Assembly: GCA_030264375.1 (NCBI GenBank)
Contig: JASCQW010000146.1
Location: forward strand, 26,159,232-26,223,231
Source of the DNA: Carcharhinus longimanus
Lineage: Eukaryota
Reading direction: 5' to 3'
DNA: 64,000 nt
Shown here: positions 26,006 through 40,084 of the stretch, piece after piece
How positions within the stretch are numbered: the first letter of the stretch is position 1
How the letters are laid out: each line of letters begins with the position of its first letter
The notes under the pieces: model-generated
What the model was told of the DNA's origin: nothing
What the model saw: the letters and a program-made list of their open reading frames with translations, nothing else
Database searches by the model: none
Position numbers and translations under genes: made by a program

Positions 26006-29000
26006 GCAGTATTTTGTATCTGGGGAAGGTGGTGGGGTGGGGGTTCTTGCCCACCAGCTGGAGAGCCCTGTGTCGCCTCTTCAGGAAGGCCTTTTGCATT
26101 AAATGGGCACGATGGGCCTTCCCTGGGCTCATAGATGCCAGAGATGGAGGTCCAGCCCTCTGGCAGCTGCCAGCCAGAGGCCAATAGCTCTTTATTATTC
26201 AGCAGCAGCACGGGAGGTGATGGCCATTGCATAGAAATATAGTCAACTGAGTCCCAGGATGCCTGAAGGATCCATGCCAGAAGGTGGGAAGAGAAATAAA
26301 AAAGGAGAGATCGGCAGCAAGGGCAAGGAGAGGCTCTCAACAGGCCACCTTCTCCCAATTTCAGGTGCCTCATCAGGCAGTTTTCTGACTTAGAGGTGCT
26401 CAGTGATACTCCCATAAATGGTAGCTTTGCACCTTTGAATGAGGGACAGCCCCTGGAAGCCCACAAGTTACCCCAACATGATTTGCTTTTCAAGCTTGTC
26501 GTATGACAAGTCTCTCACCCGCTACTAGATGAAAACCACTGGCAGCAGGGTGAGGCCCCCTTAAGGAGGCATTATGAGGTAGCAGGGCAAACATAATTGG
26601 GACAAAGATGGAAAGATAGCAGAGTTCCTACCCACCCAATATTTCTCTGAGAAAAGGAAGTTCAATCTGTTTTTTTTGCAACATTATAACCATGTTTGTC
26701 TTTTGTGTTATTTTGTCTTTCTTAGGTGATGAGGAGAGTCAGAATTGAGAGGCACCTTTAAATTTTGTGGTTCCTTTTAACAGAAAGGTCTGTGGCCACT
26801 TGCTTCAAATTGTGGGCTTATATTTGGCCAGCTGCATTCAGATCATTGAACAATTGGAGGCAGTCATGAATATGCAGTCATTCAGAGGCTATGTGGTACC
26901 ATTCTGTCAATAGGAAGTGAACAACTGCAGTTTAAGAATTAATTTTATATTGAGAGTTAGCACAAAACATACACAAGCTGTTTTCACATTGAGAATGGGC
27001 TATAATTACTGTAAACACATTGTTTATACTATTGCTTATTTACTTGTATAATGTTAAAATTGTGTTTTTAAAGAGAGCTGTATGGTAGCACATATTCTTC
27101 TAAAGTTGAGATCACATAAATGATAGAGCCTTAGGCTCTCTGACCCCTGGGTCTTGTTATATTTACTTACACAGACATACTCAGTTTGAGGTTTCTTAAC
27201 AAGAGTGGCCATGATACTGAGATCAAGGAGTATATCTAGAGTAAAATCCCCAAAATGTAAAACTGACATCCTTTTATGAGCAGGCTGTCCAAAATACCTT
27301 CCAAACACACAACTTCTATCACCTAGAAGGACAAGGGCAGCAGATGCTTAGGAACTCCCCTCCAAGTCACACACCATCCTGACTTAGAACTGTATAATAT
27401 TGTTGCTTCACTGTCACTGGGTCAAAATCCTGGAACTCCTTTCCAACAGCCCTGTGGATGTACCTATACTACATGAACTGCATTGTTTCAAGAATGTGAT
27501 TGACCACTACCTGCTCAAGAACAATTACTTGGGGCAATAAAAATACTGGCTGGACCAGCCTATGTCCCATGAAAAGCATAATTTTAAAAAATGTAGTATC
27601 CCAAATCTGGGCTCAGGAGTGATCTACAAAGGATTAATAAAAAAATGCCTTCAACTGATAGTAAAACATATGCCAGTATTCAATCATGAAGCTTTAGTCA
27701 ACAAAGCTATTGACTGGAAATATTTTTACAATAATTGATTACTATCACAATTCCTTTTCCACCTTTCCTACAGATATGCTTTTTCAACACAACATATTTC
27801 CTGCTCCAATATGTGTTCAATTGCATTTAGCCACATTAAAATCCACTTGTTATTCCATTGTCCATTTGCTAGGTCTTCCTTGGCTCCTACTTCCCCCATC
27901 ACTAACTGCTTATTAAAAGAAAATTAAAAATAAATAAGAAAAGTCCAAAGTTTGAAAATTAAAAAGTATAAATTCAGAGTGATGATTAGTTACTTGGACT
28001 TTAAAAACATTTCCTTTTTCATCTACATGCTATTAACTACTCCAATGCTCTCCTGGATGCATTTCCACCCTAACAAGCTCTAATGCCCATAACCGTTTCA
28101 CACCAAGTCCTATTTACCAATCACTCCTATTCTCACTGAGCTACATTGGTTTGTGTTCTGGCAACACCTTGATTTTACAATTCACATCCATTTTTTCAAA
28201 TCCCTTCATGGCCACACCTCTCCCTATCACACTAACCTTTTTGAGCCTGTCAAGGTCTCCGCTGTCCTCCAATTCTGCCTTCTTATGCATCCCCATTGTT
28301 TATTACTCCAACCCTAGCAGCAGTGCTTTTAGCTGTCTGGGCACCAAAGGGCTATGGAATTTCCACCCCAATCCTGTTCAGCTCTCTTTCAAGATACTCT
28401 TTGTAACTCATCTCATCTTTCCAAATATATTTTTATGTAGCTCAATGTGAAAGTGCTTTGGTATTTTTATTACATTATAGGCACTATATAAATGCAGGTT
28501 GTTGAAGGAGTCTGGGGGAAAGAAATGGAGAGGCAAGTAAACAACTCAAGTGTTTTGAAGAAAAATGCATTAGAACAGAAGATGTTACAATGAACCTTCA
28601 TTTGAGCACTGTGAGAATTAGAAAGTACTATTGAAATGTGGTCATTGTTGTAATGTAGGAGCTGTAGCCAATTTGCACATACAATTGTCACAGGAGTGTC
28701 AGCCTAGATTTTGTGCCCAAATCTCTGGAGTGCAACTTGAACCCACAACCTATGCCAGACTCCAGGCATAAGTCCTACCACTGAGCCAAGGCTGACTTTT
28801 AAGAACATAAGAAATAGGAGGAGTAGGCCATCTAGCCCTTCGAGCCTGCCCCGCCATTCAATAAGATCATGNNNNNNNNNNNNNNNNNNNNNNNNNNNNN
28901 NNNNNNNNNNNNNNNNNNNNNNNNNNNNNNNNNNNNNNNNNNNNNNNNNNNNNNNNNNNNNNNNNNNNNNNATCCACTATCACCTCCGCCATTTCTTTCA

Positions 29001-29534
29001 GAACCCATGGATGCATTCCATCCGGTCCTGGGGACTTGTCCACAATCACTGGACAATCACTTTTAAAAAGTGATTAGGGTCATGTATTTACTTGCAACTC
29101 AAAAAGTAAGAAGGGAAAGTTCAGAGGAACACTGATCATAATAGTATCTATAAACAAGATAGAACTAAACTTTCGAGAGAAAAATTTTTGTCACAAAGAG
29201 TGACTAAATTTCTTGAAAGCAACACTAACATAGTTTTTGGAAGAGATAAGTGATCAGATGAGGTTAAGATAGAGATATATTTTTAATTAAAAAAGGGGAT
29301 AAGAGATAGATATATTTCTAACAAAAAACGGGATAAATGGATATGGGGAACAGGTGGGGAGCTGAATTTGAGACCAGGGAGATATCAGCCATGATCTGAT
29401 TGAATGGCAGAGCAGGCTCAAAGGACTGAGCTTGCCTACTTCTGCTCCAAATTCCTATGTTCCTCTGTTAACTTTCTCTTAAGAGCTGTTAATTGTACCT
29501 TCACAATAAAAATGGTGTGGAAAAGGGATTCATA

Positions 29535-29950
29535 AGATAATGAGACAGAACCGGTGGATGTGGCGTTTCTCAATTTTCAGAAGGCGTTTGATAAGGTGCA
29601 CAAAAGGTTGCTTCAGAAGGTTAGGGGGCATGGAGTTGGCGGTAAGGTATTAGCGTGGATAGAGGATTGGTTGTTTAATAGGAGGCAGAGAGTTGGTATC
29701 AATGGGTGCTCTATTCTGATCGGCGGTTGGTGACTAGTGGAGTGCCCCAGGGATTGGTGCTGGGGCCTCAGCTATTTACCATTTATATAGATGATCTGNN
29801 NNNNNNNNNNNNNNNNNNNNNNNNNNNNNNNNNNNNNNNNNNNNNNNNNNNNNNNNNNNNNNNNNNNNNNNNNNNNNNNNNNNNNNNNNNNNNNNNNNGC
29901 TTGAAGGGCTAGATGGCCTACTCCTGCTCCTATTTCTTATGTTCTTATGT
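29535..29950 (+). mobile_element. CR1/HER1-type LINE RT fragment plus 3' tail across a gap
   Basis: FQKAFDKV, VTSGVPQGLVLGPQLFTIYIDDL; tail ctactcctgctcctatttcttatgttctt. Confidence 0.85.
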
Positions 29951-30249
29951 AACCATAGCAAGGGACCAGAAGGAGCAACTTCTGCCAGGACAGAAAAACA
30001 GTGCTGGGTGTTATTAAGGAGCCCTGTTACTGAAATAACAAATTACATGCAAATATATAGTTGATCCAGGCAAGGACAAGTAGCGATGAATACATTTTAG
30101 GAATGGGCAATGAATGCTGACCTTAACAGCAACAATGACACACCACGGAAGAATTTTTAAAAAGTTACCCAAACACAGTTGTTGGGTGCCAAGGAAACAT
30201 TACATAACTCTGGAATGGGATATCAATCCGTGTAGACTGTAGATTTGCT

Positions 30250-31035
30250 GTTGTCCTTCAAAAAAGGGGCTGGTCAAGTGTCTGAGAGTCGAAGGTAGGT
30301 GCACTAACTAGATCAATGATACCTGTCACCGCAGTCTCCTGGAGGTTGTTAAATTGGCTTCCAGTTTTCACCTAGTTGGGGAGTTGATGGTTGGTGCAAC
30401 TTGTACCATGATGCAACCGCTTGGAATTTTCCTGTCTTTGTTTTATATGCTTGCCTTAATGACTGATTAAGACTTTTTCAGTAGGAGCTAGAACTGTTAT
30501 GAAACACAAATAACAGACAAACCCGAGCCAAGACATAACCCCTGAATCAACAGATGAAAGTGCGTGAGAGGAAGACACGAGAACGTCCACATCAGTGTGA
30601 AGAACCAATACAACATTGATACGATAAAATATTAAAATGGAACTGATGGAAGAATGTACGTAGTTGAATTTAGAAACATGTTTCTGGGCATGTAAAGGAT
30701 GCAAGATACAATCCTGGCAAATGAATGCATTGACGTGAAGGACACAATACTGGGCTTTATTAGGGATCTGCGAACACCTAACAGGTATCTTCAAGCAACA
30801 CACCAGAAAACGTTAAAGATTGGGCTGCTGTGTCACTTGTAGTTGCCCTTGAGTAAATCCATAAAGTGGATGATGAGATGGAAAAATCAGGTGCTGTGAC
30901 TTCAGTGATTTGGGTGATAGTCAGCAGCTGCCTATGGTTTGTATATGCACATGGGAGGAGTATCTCTGCCTCTTTCAACTTCACAGTCTGGCTACAAATT
31001 CACCGTTTGGTGTTGGGTGCAACAGTCAACTTAAG
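30250..31035 (-). mobile_element. Decayed RTE-like LINE fragment
   Basis: Minus-strand remnants resemble RTE ORF2 C-terminal motifs; heavily frameshifted. Confidence 0.4.
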
Positions 31036-32867
31036 GATAGTTAGTTAGGCCATACATAAATCTGGTTTTCATGAACTTTGTTGGTGCCACTACCACTGGG
31101 AACGGGAGCTTCAAACAGGCATTAGGCTCCTTAATTACAAACACACGCACAAAGGGCTGAGCCCATTTCACAATTGGGCCCTTGATGCCAATTATTTTAT
31201 CTGCATCAATATTATAGATGACTCACTTTCAGCTCATAATTAGCATTAATTTTGTGCCTGCATATTAGAGGCTTAGGTGTTCATTTAGCACGTGAAGGAG
31301 GTACTATGTCACCAAATTTCTAAGCCAAAACAATCTCAAAGACTATTGCAACTACCCGAGTTAGGGTATTAGAATATGATTTGTCAAAGAGGATTTTTAA
31401 AATGGCAAATAATAGACAGTAATAAGAATGTAATTCAATTCAATACTGCTCATCTCCATTTTAAATCATGTAAGGCGATGACACATTAAGAGTTAAATTT
31501 GATTTAAACGGAATAATGGGATGACCACATTTGCTGGTAGTCTTATTTAGGAAAGCAAACAACTTTTGAGAGTCTGACTCATTGTAGCTGTCAAGCCACT
31601 GCTGGTGATGAACAATCAGCAGCCAAGAATAATGATTTCAAGAGGACGTTAAGGTTTGATGTTGCTTGAGGAAAAAAAATGAAGAATTAAGATGATTTAA
31701 AATGGAGATGAGAAATATTGAATTGAATAAAGGGAGATTTGTTTACTAATAGAAGGCAGAGGTTGTCATTCAAAAGAACCAAGGAGGAGCAGCAGGGCTA
31801 ACAGACAATATTAACACACATATTTCTTGGATTAGCATCAGACTATAGGTGCAAAAGAGAAATTGAATTGGGAAAAGTTTAGAAAGGAACAAAGTGAATA
31901 TGAGCAGGGTGATTAAAAATAGGCATAGATGAAATTGAGATTGCAGTCATCATTCAGCAATGTTTTGTGAAAACCTGGTCTGGTTAGATGTCCTCCAGTT
32001 TACCTCCCCTGCATCTGGCTTCAGCTCATCATTTTTCATTGACAGTAAAACAGTTTTTAAAAATTAAAAGTTATGAGTTCATGGGCAGCAGACAGTTAAC
32101 AAAGGACAAGCTAAGTGTTATGTAGCTTAGACAAAGGAATTGTCAGTATGCTGAATATAGTTCCATCATTACTTTGCCTGTATCTATTTATGCGTATGCC
32201 TTAATAGAAAGTATTCACTACATGGGGCATCACAGCCACTGAGTCCTGTCCCTGCCCAAGGCCCACTTTCAGAAGTGTCACAATTGTGATCAGGAACCCA
32301 GAGATTGGAGGTGAAGTGCAGCACTCCTATTGCCAATCTAGTTGATATCAGATAACTCAGTACAAACTACAGATTGAATCTGGGTTTTATGGTCCATCTG
32401 ATCAACTGCTTGCTGGATATAGTTGCTAAGCCACACAAAGGAATCAGATCCTAACTCCAGCATCCAGTAAATACTTTGCAGTTTGTTTTTGGAGGAGTGG
32501 GGGAAAAGGATAGGGCCAATGTCTCTCTTCCAACTTTAAGGATGCCTTCTGGTTACAGCGATATTGAAAAAGTTCCATTCCACTGCATCAGCTGAAGGAA
32601 TCTTTGTGGAAGAGACAGACTGCATCAGGGGAAATGAAAAGTAATTAGAGCAGAAAGATGTTTAGCTTTTTGAAAATGGTCCATCATTATACAATTGTTG
32701 GCAGCCAGGTGTACATAATTGGAAAGGTTACAGAACCCTCAAAGCACAGAACGCTGTTAAATAGTCAAACCATGATACGCATTGGATTTATATTTAAGTC
32801 ATTTTTTTGCAATTAGCATCATGAAACTGATCAATTTCTCTCCAATTTTCATTGAAAACAAACTCAC

Positions 32868-32899
32868 CCAGTGTCTCCAAGTCCATGCAGGAAAATAAC
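32868..32899 (-). CDS. LYPLA2: Acyl-protein thioesterase 2, exon 3
   Basis: acag|GTT..ACT GG|gtgag, 32 nt; VIFLHGLGDT(G). Confidence 0.96.
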
Positions 32900-33799
32900 C
32901 TGTAAAATACAACCCAAACACGCTGATTTCATACCAGAACAATATAACACCAGAACCATGACAATTTTAGAAATGCCAAATACAGAATGTTTGATTAAAG
33001 TTGTCTGGAGTGGGATTTCAAATTGATTACAGTCATGAGAAGATAATAACTGTAACTCCACTGGTACGGCATTAATCTCATAAGTGGTACTGCAGCTCCC
33101 TCTATTTGATTTAACTACCCACACACATTCCAAAATGGAACAAAAATGGATTAACAGTAAACTCTGAAATCAATTGCTGCCCAAAATATAGAGGGAAACT
33201 ACAAAAGACTAACTTCAAAAGTAATTTTAAAATTATAGGAGAAATTTTTAGCAAAAATTAAATTGAAGCACTATTATGCTGGTGTTCTGCCTTTATTCTG
33301 AGATTTAAGGAAGGTGGAGAAAGATGATGAAAGCTTAAAACAGACAAACTAGAGTCAATCGAATTTCAGGCAGCAATGCGTAGTGTGAATATGCCATGAG
33401 TGATAAAGTACTAATAAAATTTCCACAGTTGCTCTCACCATGTGCAAAACAAGCACTTCAAAATGTTTTTCCTTCCAGATAAAACAACAAAAACAAATTA
33501 TTCATACAAAGTTAAACAATGAAGCAAAGCTCAATACATTAGATGCGATGCTTGCAGACTGGAGTTTCACAAAAGCCAGAGATTGCTGGTTTAAGTCCAA
33601 GACTAGAGTTAAAAGCAGCAACAGCCAGATCTTGCGTGCATTAATTGAACAATAACTAATGTGATCCCCTTAAAAACTGCAATACTTCAGAGATCACACC
33701 AAGACTGTATTATAAATCTGAAATGTCTTCCAAAAATTAGATTCCAGCAGATGCCATCAAGTACAGATACAGGACAGCGCAAGGGAACAGATTTCTTAC

Positions 33800-33877
33800 C
33801 ACTCCAGTTTCCCTTTCTGTCCCAGACACAGTCGCAGCCTCATCGAGCAGCGGCAATGACATGTTGTTACCACACAT
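33800..33877 (-). CDS. LYPLA2: Acyl-protein thioesterase 2, first coding exon (exon 2; exon begins at 33905)
   Basis: ATG at 33877; MCGNNMSLPLLDEAATVSGTERETGV|gtaag with Cys2. The nine exons total 696 nt = 231 aa + stop with all phases consistent. Confidence 0.96.
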
Positions 33878-36800
33878 ACAACAACACAAGTGCCAACTGT
33901 GAAACCTGCAGGCAGACACATGAGGCCAGAGTAAGAAACAGGGATAGTTATCACACCTAGTGACACACCTGCTAACTACAATACCAAGAACACCAGATTA
34001 ACAGCACAGGCATTTCTCTCATAATCCAGAGATATTCAAAATCACCATTAGGAACATGATCCATTTTGTCAAATTATTTATAATAAGCAAAAGAGTAAAA
34101 CTTAGCGCTGACTAATAAATTGATAATTAGGCCTCAATATATAACTTGAAGACTCATTATTGCAGAGGTTTAATTTTTATTTCAGCAAGAACCAAAATAA
34201 GATCTGTTTTACTGTGCATTGTGTGTCTAGTATTATTCCATTAGCAAACTAATAAAAATAGTATTTCTTTCACTTTTAAATCAATTGAAACTCCCAGTTA
34301 GGTTGCTGAGATATAGTGTTCCAACGTAAGGTAAGATTGTAACTCCAGCTGCCAAGTACTTAATGCCCAAAGATCAGAAGAACACTGCACCAATATAGCC
34401 CTCACTTTAATTGATTTGCTCCAATCATTGACTAGTCTCTGGTTAGAGCAAAACATATCAGGACAGCTTTGGATAGCTAATGGCAATGTGAGAATGGCAC
34501 CCACAAGGATGTGGTCAAATGGCCATGTTGTCCAGTTTGGGATGGGGGAAAAGGAAGGCGATGCATGTCATGGTCAAAAGATAAAAAACACCGCTTTTCT
34601 ACGATGCAAGTAGGATTCAAATAACTTTTAGTGAAAGCTCTCTAGTATAAATATTCTGACGTATGCATGGCTTTGTCTGACATGTTTCCCACACCACAGA
34701 TTTGCTCAGTATTTATAGCATTTTCTGTTTTTATTTCAGATTTCCAGCTTCAATCATTTTATTTCTGTTATGTAAGACTACTATACTTCAGATTGTCAGA
34801 TAACTAACCACTATGTTGATGATATTAATTATAAATGCACATTTATGGTGGTTACCCAGTCTGTCAAATAGTTCATATATTATGCAGAGATAATTAACCT
34901 GATTCCAATGAATAAAATAAATGTGTTTCACTCTAACAGTATAACTAACAAGACATAGCTCTACAACACACAAATGGGGCATTACAAATATCCATGACAT
35001 TTGGACTTGCTCATAAAGAAATAGAAATTCAAGCGGAAAGGGCTCTGGCTTTGGCAGACTCCCTGAAATGAATGTGTGTTGTTTTGTATGCAAAGAAGTG
35101 ACTTGAGAAGGATCTTAATTACATTTCTTGTTAAAAAATCAAGAATTTTAAGTCATGAGGTCTGGTACGCTAAGAATGTTTTTTTTAAAAAGATCAAAAG
35201 CATGATGAATATTGACAAATGCATTCCGTATGTTAAGACGTCATTGGAGAAATATAGTGCATTACATCAACAATAATCTTTCGGAATTCACAAATATAAA
35301 AAGACCCACAGTGGCACAAATGAACTGTGAAGATTGTATCCAATGGGAATTAAGCCCACTGCACATCAGAACATGAATTTACAACAACTTCTTTACAGTG
35401 ACAAGATGATGGTGAGTCATGTAATTACCTATTAAAGATTTAGTATAAGCTTGCATATACAGCTTGCCAACACAATTAAAGAATAAACAAATTAGCATTC
35501 ATACAGCACCCCCACATCTTCAAGCTGTCCCTTACTTATTATATGCATATCCCCCTTTGCACCTTATTTAAATGCGCAGACTGGAAAGCCAGATGCTCTG
35601 CAGAGTGCAGGTCATTTCTATTTTTACTGCAGACAATACCAAGGTTGACAGAAGTACAGGTTCTGACTGCCAACTTGGCAACCAAAGCACAGAATGAAAC
35701 AAAATCTCTCAGATCAGAAAATTCAGTTTCAAATCTGGGGTTTGCACTGGTTTCACTGATTTCAGCTGAGACGATAAAAATGTTACAACTGACACAGCAA
35801 GTCATACCAGGTTGCTGGGTGAAAACAAAGCAGGTTTAGCCGGAAGTTGTTACAGAAATATGAATTCTGTAAATAATGTCCAATACAGGTCAAGCTTTCC
35901 ACATTGTTGTAACAAGTACAAGTGGGAACTTGCATAGAGAACTGAAGCATCAAAATAATTTGACTACTCCATAAAGTATTTGAAGAACTAACCTTTGCGT
36001 TATTTTCTGAATGCAAAACAAAGAACACGGAGCTACTGACTGTTACAGATCAAGTAAATGATCCAGAATTTCCATTCACACTGTTGGGAACATATCACAG
36101 ATTTCTATTCGGTTTGGAATCCCTGTGCTTGCAGGTCACAAAAGTTGACAAGACAGTCAAAACTTATGCATTGGTTTCTGTGGAACAAAAACTGGAAAAG
36201 ATCACTGAATATTTTCCAGATAGTTTGCGCCCTCAGTTAACCGCTGGTCATTTCCCATTCATCATTATCCATTGTTTAACTCAAATTTTTTGTCAATAAA
36301 TCAGTAACAATAAGCCAATTCAAGAATTTGGAAATTATTTTCATCCTGCTGTATGAAGATAATTTAAATTTGAAATGCATTATGAACATGAGGATTCAGA
36401 GCAAACTGAATTCATTACAAATATCAATACACATTTACAGCATAAAGAACAGAACAACCAGGATGTTTCTTTTGTAAGTTTTGCCTTTTTTTGTTCCACA
36501 CAAAGTTGTGTGTATAAGGTCCACAGGTGAACTCTTAGCTTGTTGATGCAGCTGTGACTAACATTTACACATCAGTAAACACTACAAACTCAGTTATACC
36601 AGGTTGATCAGCCAAATAGCACGAGATAAAGACATGCATTTACATAGCAGCGTTCGCAAATTCAGGATCCTACAAAATGCTTTGCAGCCAACGAAATGCA
36701 TTTACACTATGGTCAGCATTGCAAAATGACACATAACATCTGTTTGTGCGTAACAATGACCAAATCCTGTTTAATTTGACTGGGAAATAAATTATTGCCA

Positions 36801-37029
36801 CGAATTCTCTTGCTCTTCACCAGAAACTTGCATTGGACGTTCTACGTCCACTCCAGAGGTTAGAAAGGGCCTCGGTTTAATGTCTAGTCAAAAAATGGCA
36901 CCTCTGACAGTTCAGCACTCCCACTGCAATATCAAATTGCTACTCATCAAGAAGTGAGAACAGCTCAGACTAAGTTTTATTGGCATCTGTCCATCTCAGG
37001 AAATAATGAATTGTGCCTATATGTATGTC

Positions 37030-37700
37030 AATTCAAGAGTTGAAGACCCTTCCTCAGCTGGCACTGAAGAATAATATAGGTCCAAGGTTTACTGAGCTTT
37101 CCCCCCTTCTGGCTGGCTCTCTTCCACCATCTGGTTGTTCCTTTTGTCCTCTGCTTTTTCCACGATCCTCCTGACTTTGTGTCTCCAGTCACTCTGGTCA
37201 GCAGCAAAAAATTCCCTGCAACAACTCCATCCTTCTCAGCAAGTGAAGTCTCACTTGCTGATGTGAGCAATCCAATGGACATGAGTTGATAGCAAACTTG
37301 CCATAGAGCATGTCTTTGGAGATGTAGTCATCTTTCGTTCGGTTCACAGGACACAGCCTATGCAGTGGCCACTGACTCAAGAGGGAAAACATTTTGGGAT
37401 CCCTGCATGCTGATGTACTTCCATATTCCAGACTGCCTTACTAGGAGTTGCCCAATGTTCATCTGAGGTGGAAGCTGCTCAGCTGCTTTTGTTGGCTTTA
37501 AGTTGCCCATGACTCACCGCAGTACAGTGTGGAGAGCACAAACTTGGTAGACACGGTGCTTTGTATTTTCAGTCAATTTGCTGTTGGTCCACACTCAACT
37601 TTGATCTGTAATTTTCCTACTCATCACCTTGCTTTGAAGGCAGAAACCCCACCTCCTTTCCTTGCCCCACTGCATCAACATTCGATGTTGATTTTAAACC
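37030..37700 (-). mobile_element. RTE-type LINE 3' fragment
   Basis: Minus-strand remnants VLSTLYCGESWAT, SSFHLR and KDMLYGK, typical of the RTE ORF2 C-terminus. Confidence 0.6.
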
Positions 37701-37839
37701 TGTAGGCTCCATCGGGCTCGTTAAGAAAAACACACAATTAAAACAAGTACAGTAACATGAATTCCCCCCTCCCCTACAATGACCTACAATGGGAAGATGC
37801 TACAGGGTCCGGAGAGTGACCACTAACCCACACTGATCA

Positions 37840-38225
37840 CACTGTCCGCAGAGGGGTGATATTTTGGGGCGGGTAGGGTGGGCTTTTTGCCCTCCGGGTT
37901 GGGAAGGTGCAGCCAGAGGCCCGGCTTCCCTGTAATTAATTTGCTCCCAGCTTCTCTTGTGAGCGACGGAAACCGTAGGAGATGCTGCGTCGCCGATTCA
38001 TCACAAACAGCCGCCCGCCAGCCGCCACCCCTGGGATTCAGGTCCCCCTCAGCGGTGACCGCTGGCCAGCAGCTCCCTACCCCCTCCCAACCCCAGCATT
38101 TACCTTCGGTCACCGAGCCGCCGACAGCCAGCGTCCTCCCTCACACCCAGCGCGCGGCACTTCCGGCGGGGGTCAGGTGACCGGCCGGCACTTCCGGTGC
38201 CGGGGAGGTGACGTCACCCCATAGC
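37840..38225 (-). promoter_or_regulatory. CpG-rich LYPLA2 promoter with two ETS/GABPA motifs and a palindromic CRE
   Basis: CACTTCCGG at 38158-38166 and 38189-38197; GGTGACGTCACC at 38207-38218; strongest CpG enrichment in the window. Confidence 0.75.
38104..38160 (-). other. LYPLA2: Probable non-coding exon 1 of LYPLA2 (5' boundary uncertain)
   Basis: Donor GAAG|gtaaat at 38104/38103 inside the GC/CpG-rich island; exon 2 has an acceptor 28 nt before the ATG, so an upstream UTR exon is needed. Confidence 0.6.
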
Positions 38226-38262
38226 TGCAGTGTCCTCTCTCGCAGCTCCCATGCAGCAGTCA

Positions 38263-38446
38263 GAAGTCTCACAACACCAGGTTTAAGTCCAACAGGTTTA
38301 TTTGGTAGCAAAAACCACTAGCTTTCGGAGCTTTGCCCCTTCATCAGGTGAGTGGGGAGTTCTGATCGCAACAGGGCATAGAAAGGCACACACTCAGTTT
38401 ACAGAATATTGATTAGAATGTGAGTCTTTACAGCTATTCAAGTCTT
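38263..38446 (-). mobile_element. Penelope-like element terminal repeat
   Basis: acaacaccaggtttaagtccaacaggtttatttgg family (also near 23245, 23935 and 85); carries a hammerhead motif; runs into an N gap. Confidence 0.7.
38315..38351 (-). ncRNA. Minimal type I hammerhead ribozyme (Penelope-type)
   Basis: Minus strand UCAC-CUGAUGA-A-GGGGC-AAA-GCUCC-GAAA-GC-UA-GUGG: both conserved core boxes, 5-bp stem II, CAC/GUG stem I, palindromic AGCU in place of stem III. Confidence 0.65.
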
Positions 38447-39339
38447 NNNNNNNNNNNNNNNNNNNNNNNNNNNNNNNNNNNNNNNNNNNNNNNNNNNNNN
38501 NNNNNNNNNNNNNNNNNNNNNNNNNNNNNNNNNNNNNNNNNNNNNNACCCAAAAGGCAACATGGCCACTACGAAACAAGTCCCCCCCCCGGCACCCCGAG
38601 CAGCATGGGGAAGTTTAAAAGCAAAGACTTATCTCTTTGCTCACCCTAACTGATCAAGCGCCTGAATGCGACTTTTATATTTGAGCTGAATTCCTGACCG
38701 ATTCAGTTGCAGTGAATAAGGTCATTAAAGCAGGTGAACTGGGAAGATTGGGAGCGAACCTCACTAATTACATTGCGATGAAAGCAAATTGACATTTCAC
38801 CCGTTTTAGGGATCCTAACCTCGTCAACTTTTTTTTCTTGGTAAAATGGGAATGGGCGCCATTCCCGCTGGTCGCATCAGGCCCAATGTTACAACTTTTC
38901 CCTGCTGTAAAATGGGCGCGATGAGGCTGTAAAATTCTGCCGGTTATCTATTTCCAGCCTTTCTGGCATGCAGAATCCACCAGTCACCATAGACCTATGG
39001 AACAGTTATAGCACAGAGGGAGTCCTTTCGGCCCATCTTGTCAATGCCAGCCTGATGACGCCCAGGTGCCCTTTCTAATCCCACCTTCCTGCACCCAACC
39101 CATAATCCTATTGCTGACAGCAATTAAGGTGCAGATCCAGGTACCTTTTAAAAGGGTTTAGGGTCTTTGCCTCCGCCACCAATTCAGGCAGCGAATTCCA
39201 GACTACTCTCTGTGAGTAAAAGCTTTTCCTCATGTCCCCTCTATGGCATCTGCCACTTGTTCCAGAATTCTCTACCAAGGGAAACAATTTTATCCTGTTC
39301 ACCTCTTGAAGAATAAACACTTTGACTTTTAAAGTCTTT

Positions 39340-39466
39340 GGCTGGAATTTTACCAGCGTTCCCGCCTCGACTATGTGGGTGGGCGCGGCTCGGAGAACGG
39401 CATTCTCCATTGGCTTTGGGCAGGAACATATGAAACTCGGGCAGACGTGCCGGTAAAATTCCACCC
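39340..39466. mobile_element. Short MITE-like element
   Basis: Terminal inverted repeats GGCTGGAATTTTACC / GGTAAAATTCCACCC; a related end gtaaaattctgcc lies near 38930-38941. Confidence 0.55.
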
Positions 39467-40084
39467 TATAAGTAAAGGGATGTTTTAAAAATGAGGAATA
39501 TTATATTCAATATCTTTATTTTTTAATTTATCCTTTCATGGTAGCTGAGTGCCACTGGCAATGCCAGCATTTGCTGCCCGTCCCTCATGGCCCTCTGAGA
39601 CCAGTTATTAGCTTTCCACATTGCTGTGGGTCTGGAGTTCGATGCAGGCCAGAGCAGGAACTAGATGAGTTTTTACAACAATTGATGATGGTTCTGTGTT
39701 CACCGAGGCCGTGTTACAATCCAGATTGTTTTTTGATTGAGTGAATTTGAATTCCACCAACCACAGTGATGGGAGATGTTTCCAGAACATTAGCCTGAAT
39801 GTCTGGATTACTAGCCCAGTAAAATTACTGCTATGCTGCTGTTTCCTATTTATCATTGATTTTCAAGGACTACTTCTAAACTTCTACCCCTTTGGCATTT
39901 ACAAAACGCTGAACAATAACTTATCTTTAATTGGTGATCGTTGGATTTTATAGAATCCTATAGTGCAGAAGGAGGCCACTCGGCCCATCGAGTCTGCACT
40001 CACCACAATCCCATCCAGGCCCTATCCCCATTTCCCATGCATTTACCCTAGTTAGTCTGCCCTGGGACTAAGGGGCAATTTATT

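Noticed and set aside
25899-26580. Overlapping ORFs of 77-170 aa in a GC-richer patch
   Set aside because: No recognisable protein motif or splice pattern; looks like a decayed DNA-transposon-type repeat similar to patches near 9500 and 53700-54150
37823-38224. ORFs of 80-100 aa in the CpG island
   Set aside because: Expected stop-codon scarcity in GC-rich promoter DNA; no homology recognised
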